A stretch of DNA of 64,000 nt. Origin: a candidate division WOR-3 bacterium UBA2258. Lineage in GTDB: Bacteria; Hydrothermota; Tepidihabitantia; Tepidihabitantales; Tepidihabitantaceae. Both the position numbers and the translations under genes were made by a program. The stretch lies in contig DDXO01000025.1 in assembly GCA_002347155.1 (NCBI GenBank), forward strand, positions 10,853-74,852, in the 5' to 3' direction. Below the pieces are notes generated by a model, which did not search any database, was not told the origin of the DNA, and saw nothing but the letters and a program-made list of their open reading frames with translations. This document shows, in pieces, positions 61,771 to 64,000 of the stretch. Each line of letters opens with the position of its first letter. Positions within the stretch are counted from its first letter, which is position 1.

Positions 61771-62313
61771 CTACTCCCCTTCGGCCGTCACCGCCGTCGG
61801 CGTGGTCTCGGCCTTGGCGGGCCTGCGCAGCAATTCCCGGCCCAATAGCATCACCACACCGCAGAATACAAAGGCGTCGGCGAAGTTGAACACCGGCCAC
61901 GGGCTGATGGTAAGCCGGTTGAAGAGCACCACCGGGTGTCCGGGCAGCTCAACGACAAGAAAGTCGATAACGTAGCTCAGCCCGACCCGGTCAATCACAT
62001 TGCCGAGTGCGCCGCTGAGAATGAGACCGAATGCGGCTGAAGACCACCTGTCGCCTGCGCGGAGGCCGTACCAGACCACGAGCGCGGCAGCCGACAGCGG
62101 CAATACGAGGTACATGAAAGGCGGCCCGTAGTTCAGGCTGAAGAGACCGTGAGGGTTCATCGCGTACGTGACCTTCACCACATCACCGATCAGGTGTAGA
62201 TCGCGCCCGCCGCTGAACGCCCCGGAGCTGAACAGCCCGTGCACAATCAGCTTGGGAATCCGGTCGAGGACCAGCCCGACAATCGCGGCCCAGATGAAGA
62301 ACTTGCGGTTCAC
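61771..62313 (-). CDS. lspA: Lipoprotein signal peptidase (signal peptidase II)
   Basis: 180 aa, four TM helices. GALGNVIDR and FNFADAFV are LspA motifs. Confidence 0.9.
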   Translation of the reverse strand: MNRKFFIWAAIVGLVLDRIPKLIVHGLFSSGAFSGGRDLHLIGDVVKVTYAMNPHGLFSLNYGPPFMYLVLPLSAAALVVWYGLRAGDRWSSAAFGLILSGALGNVIDRVGLSYVIDFLVVELPGHPVVLFNRLTISPWPVFNFADAFVFCGVVMLLGRELLRRPAKAETTPTAVTAEGE

Positions 62314-62557
62314 CGCAAAAGCCTATCTCTGCCTGAGCGGAGAGTCAAGGAACGGATACCAGGCGCGAAGCTCGAAGTACGAATGACGGTTGAATGACGA
62401 AATCCGAAAGCCGAACTCGTCGATGTCCGGGGCAGAGTATCAGCCGCGTTCATCTGCGTTAACTCGGTGGCCCCTGTCCTGCAGCGTATCTGTGGTTCGT
62501 CCTCCTCGTTCGGCCTCCAGTCGTCATTCGAGCTTCGTCATTCGATCTTCCTCTCGA

Positions 62558-62585
62558 TTGACACCCCCTCGCGTGGTTCTATAAT
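62558..62585 (+). promoter_or_regulatory. Consensus sigma70-type promoter of nnr
   Basis: TTGACA, 16 nt spacer, TATAAT, then 11 nt to ATG 62597. No SD. Confidence 0.65.
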
Positions 62586-62596
62586 CATCTGCCGCT

Positions 62597-64000
62597 ATGC
62601 AGCGTCTTGTCACCGCCGCTCAGATGCAGGAGCTCGACCGCCGGACCATTGCCGACCACAAGATCCCTGGCCTGACGCTGATGGAAAACGCCGGCCGGGG
62701 CGTGGTCGAGTCCATGGAGAAACGTCTCGGCAGCCTGGCCGGAAGCGAGCCGCTGGTCGTCTGCGGCAAAGGCAACAACGGCGGCGACGGGTTTGTGGTT
62801 ACACGGCTGCTCCTGGCAAAGGACGCGAAGCCGGACTGCATCCTGCTTGGCAAAGGCGCAGACCTCGTCGGCGATGCGCTCATCAACTACAAGCGACTCG
62901 CGGACGCAGGCTTCAAGGTGCGCGAGGTCTCGACTCGCACCGACATCGGGCCGCTCTTCCAGAACCGCAAAGTGGTTGTCGACGCCATATTCGGCACCGG
63001 CCTGACCCGCGCTCCGGCCGGGCTTGCCGCCGAGACCATCAAACTCATCAATTCCTCCGGCTCGTATGTCGTCGCTGTCGACCTGCCCTCCGGGCTTGCG
63101 TCCGACACCGGCGTGACGTACGAACCGTGCGTCCGCGCCGACCTGACCGTAACGATGGCCCTGCCCAAACTCGGGCTCTGGCTCTACCCGGGCCGCGCCC
63201 TTGCCGGTTCAGTCGAAGTCGTCGACATCGGCATAAAGACAAAGGACGAAGGACGATCAGAGACCAGGGACGAAGGACCGGACGCGTTCCTGCTCGACGC
63301 CGCGCATATCCGCGCGATTCTCCCGCGGCGCAAGCCGGACGGCAACAAAGGGACCTTCGGCCGGGCATTGATCATCGCCGGCTCGCGCGGTTACAGCGGC
63401 GCGGCCATACTCGCGGGCCGGGCCGCGGTTCACTCCGGCTGCGGCACCGTCCATCTCGCGGTGCCGGAGGGTGTTCTCGACACCATCGCCGCGTGCGTGG
63501 TCGAAGCGGTCAAGACCGCCCTGCCGCAAACCGACACCCGGGCCCTGTCTCCGGCCGCGCTGGAACTACTGCTCGAGGCCAGCGCCGGCGCGCAGTCCGC
63601 CGCCATTGGTCCGGGCATCGGCACCGACCGCCGCACCCAGAAGCTCGAACTCGGTTTTCTCGCCGAGGTCGGGACACCGACGGTCATCGATGCCGACGGT
63701 GTCAACAATCTCATCGGCCGGCTTGCCGTGCTCCCGCGCATCAAAGCTCCGCTCGTGCTCACACCCCACCCCGGCGAGTTCGCACGCCTTACCGGGCTCA
63801 AACCTGCGGACGTGAACGCCGACCGGGTCGGCCTGTCCCGCACGTTCGCGGCCATGCACGAAGTCGTGCTCGTGCTCAAAGGGGCATCCACCGTGATTGC
63901 CGCTCCGGACGGCCGGGCCTTTGTCAATCCGACCGGCAACTCCGGCCTTGCCTCCGGCGGTACCGGCGACGTCCTGACCGGGCTCATCACCGGGCTGCTC
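62597..64000 (+). CDS. nnr: Bifunctional NAD(P)H-hydrate repair enzyme Nnr (epimerase/dehydratase), 3' end beyond window
   Basis: Absent from the ORF track (no stop in window). Translation gives MQRLVTAAQMQELDRRTI, VVCGKGNNGGDGFV, DAIFGTGL and VDLPSG (YjeF_N), then GTFGRALIIAGSRGYSGAAILAG and TPHPGEF (YjeF_C). The frame is open to 64000. Confidence 0.9.
   Translation, partial: MQRLVTAAQMQELDRRTIADHKIPGLTLMENAGRGVVESMEKRLGSLAGSEPLVVCGKGNNGGDGFVVTRLLLAKDAKPDCILLGKGADLVGDALINYKRLADAGFKVREVSTRTDIGPLFQNRKVVVDAIFGTGLTRAPAGLAAETIKLINSSGSYVVAVDLPSGLASDTGVTYEPCVRADLTVTMALPKLGLWLYPGRALAGSVEVVDIGIKTKDEGRSETRDEGPDAFLLDAAHIRAILPRRKPDGNKGTFGRALIIAGSRGYSGAAILAGRAAVHSGCGTVHLAVPEGVLDTIAACVVEAVKTALPQTDTRALSPAALELLLEASAGAQSAAIGPGIGTDRRTQKLELGFLAEVGTPTVIDADGVNNLIGRLAVLPRIKAPLVLTPHPGEFARLTGLKPADVNADRVGLSRTFAAMHEVVLVLKGASTVIAAPDGRAFVNPTGNSGLASGGTGDVLTGLITGLL

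Overview
High-GC bacterial chromosome segment with no rRNA, tRNA or CRISPR that I could find. T9SS-type C-terminal sorting domains suggest an uncultivated FCB-like or candidate-phylum lineage. Core content, left to right: a partial S8 protease; the rpsP-KH-trmD-rplS-rnhB-yraN-comM cluster; a nucleotide-sugar dehydrogenase; three tandem paralogous T9SS-tailed surface proteins, each with its own promoter, leader and terminator; a DUF4097 lipoprotein; the minus-strand run glnA-ptb-ridA, two TPR-like paralogs and a hydrogenase maturation protease; mnmG; a QueG-like Fe-S protein; a patatin-POTRA-Omp85 (PlpD-like) protein; a pseudouridine synthase; a PflX-type radical SAM protein; two tandem purF copies; a four-gene membrane module; an ECF sigma/anti-sigma pair. 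From about 37.8 to 48.6 kb lies a visibly more AT-rich accessory island. It holds a DUF433/DUF5615 toxin-antitoxin pair, several orphan genes, an ankyrin lipoprotein, a GYF-TM protein, a mini staphylococcal-nuclease homolog, a zinc-ribbon protein, a TM-TPR protein, and a coupled pair of an AAA+ ATPase and an HTH-fused degenerate Lon-like domain. Core genes then resume: pepP, efp, accC, comB, three unknowns, an S55-like peptidase, a beta-propeller protein, archease, nifS/iscS, lspA and a partial nnr. The most unusual signals are: (1) the split, order-inverted HTH-Lon-like/AAA+ pair and the island around it, driven by a promoter cassette repeated three times; (2) a dispersed family of 7-bp-phased degenerate repeat arrays at nearly every gene boundary and even in frame inside mnmG and nnr; (3) a covarying leader hairpin with SD / anti-SD / anti-anti-SD logic upstream of the three surface-protein paralogs; (4) many near-consensus sigma70-type promoters 6-11 nt from start codons, implying leaderless mRNAs; (5) apparent CTG initiation in two paralogs. 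All calls come from reading the sequence and the ORF track. No searches were run.
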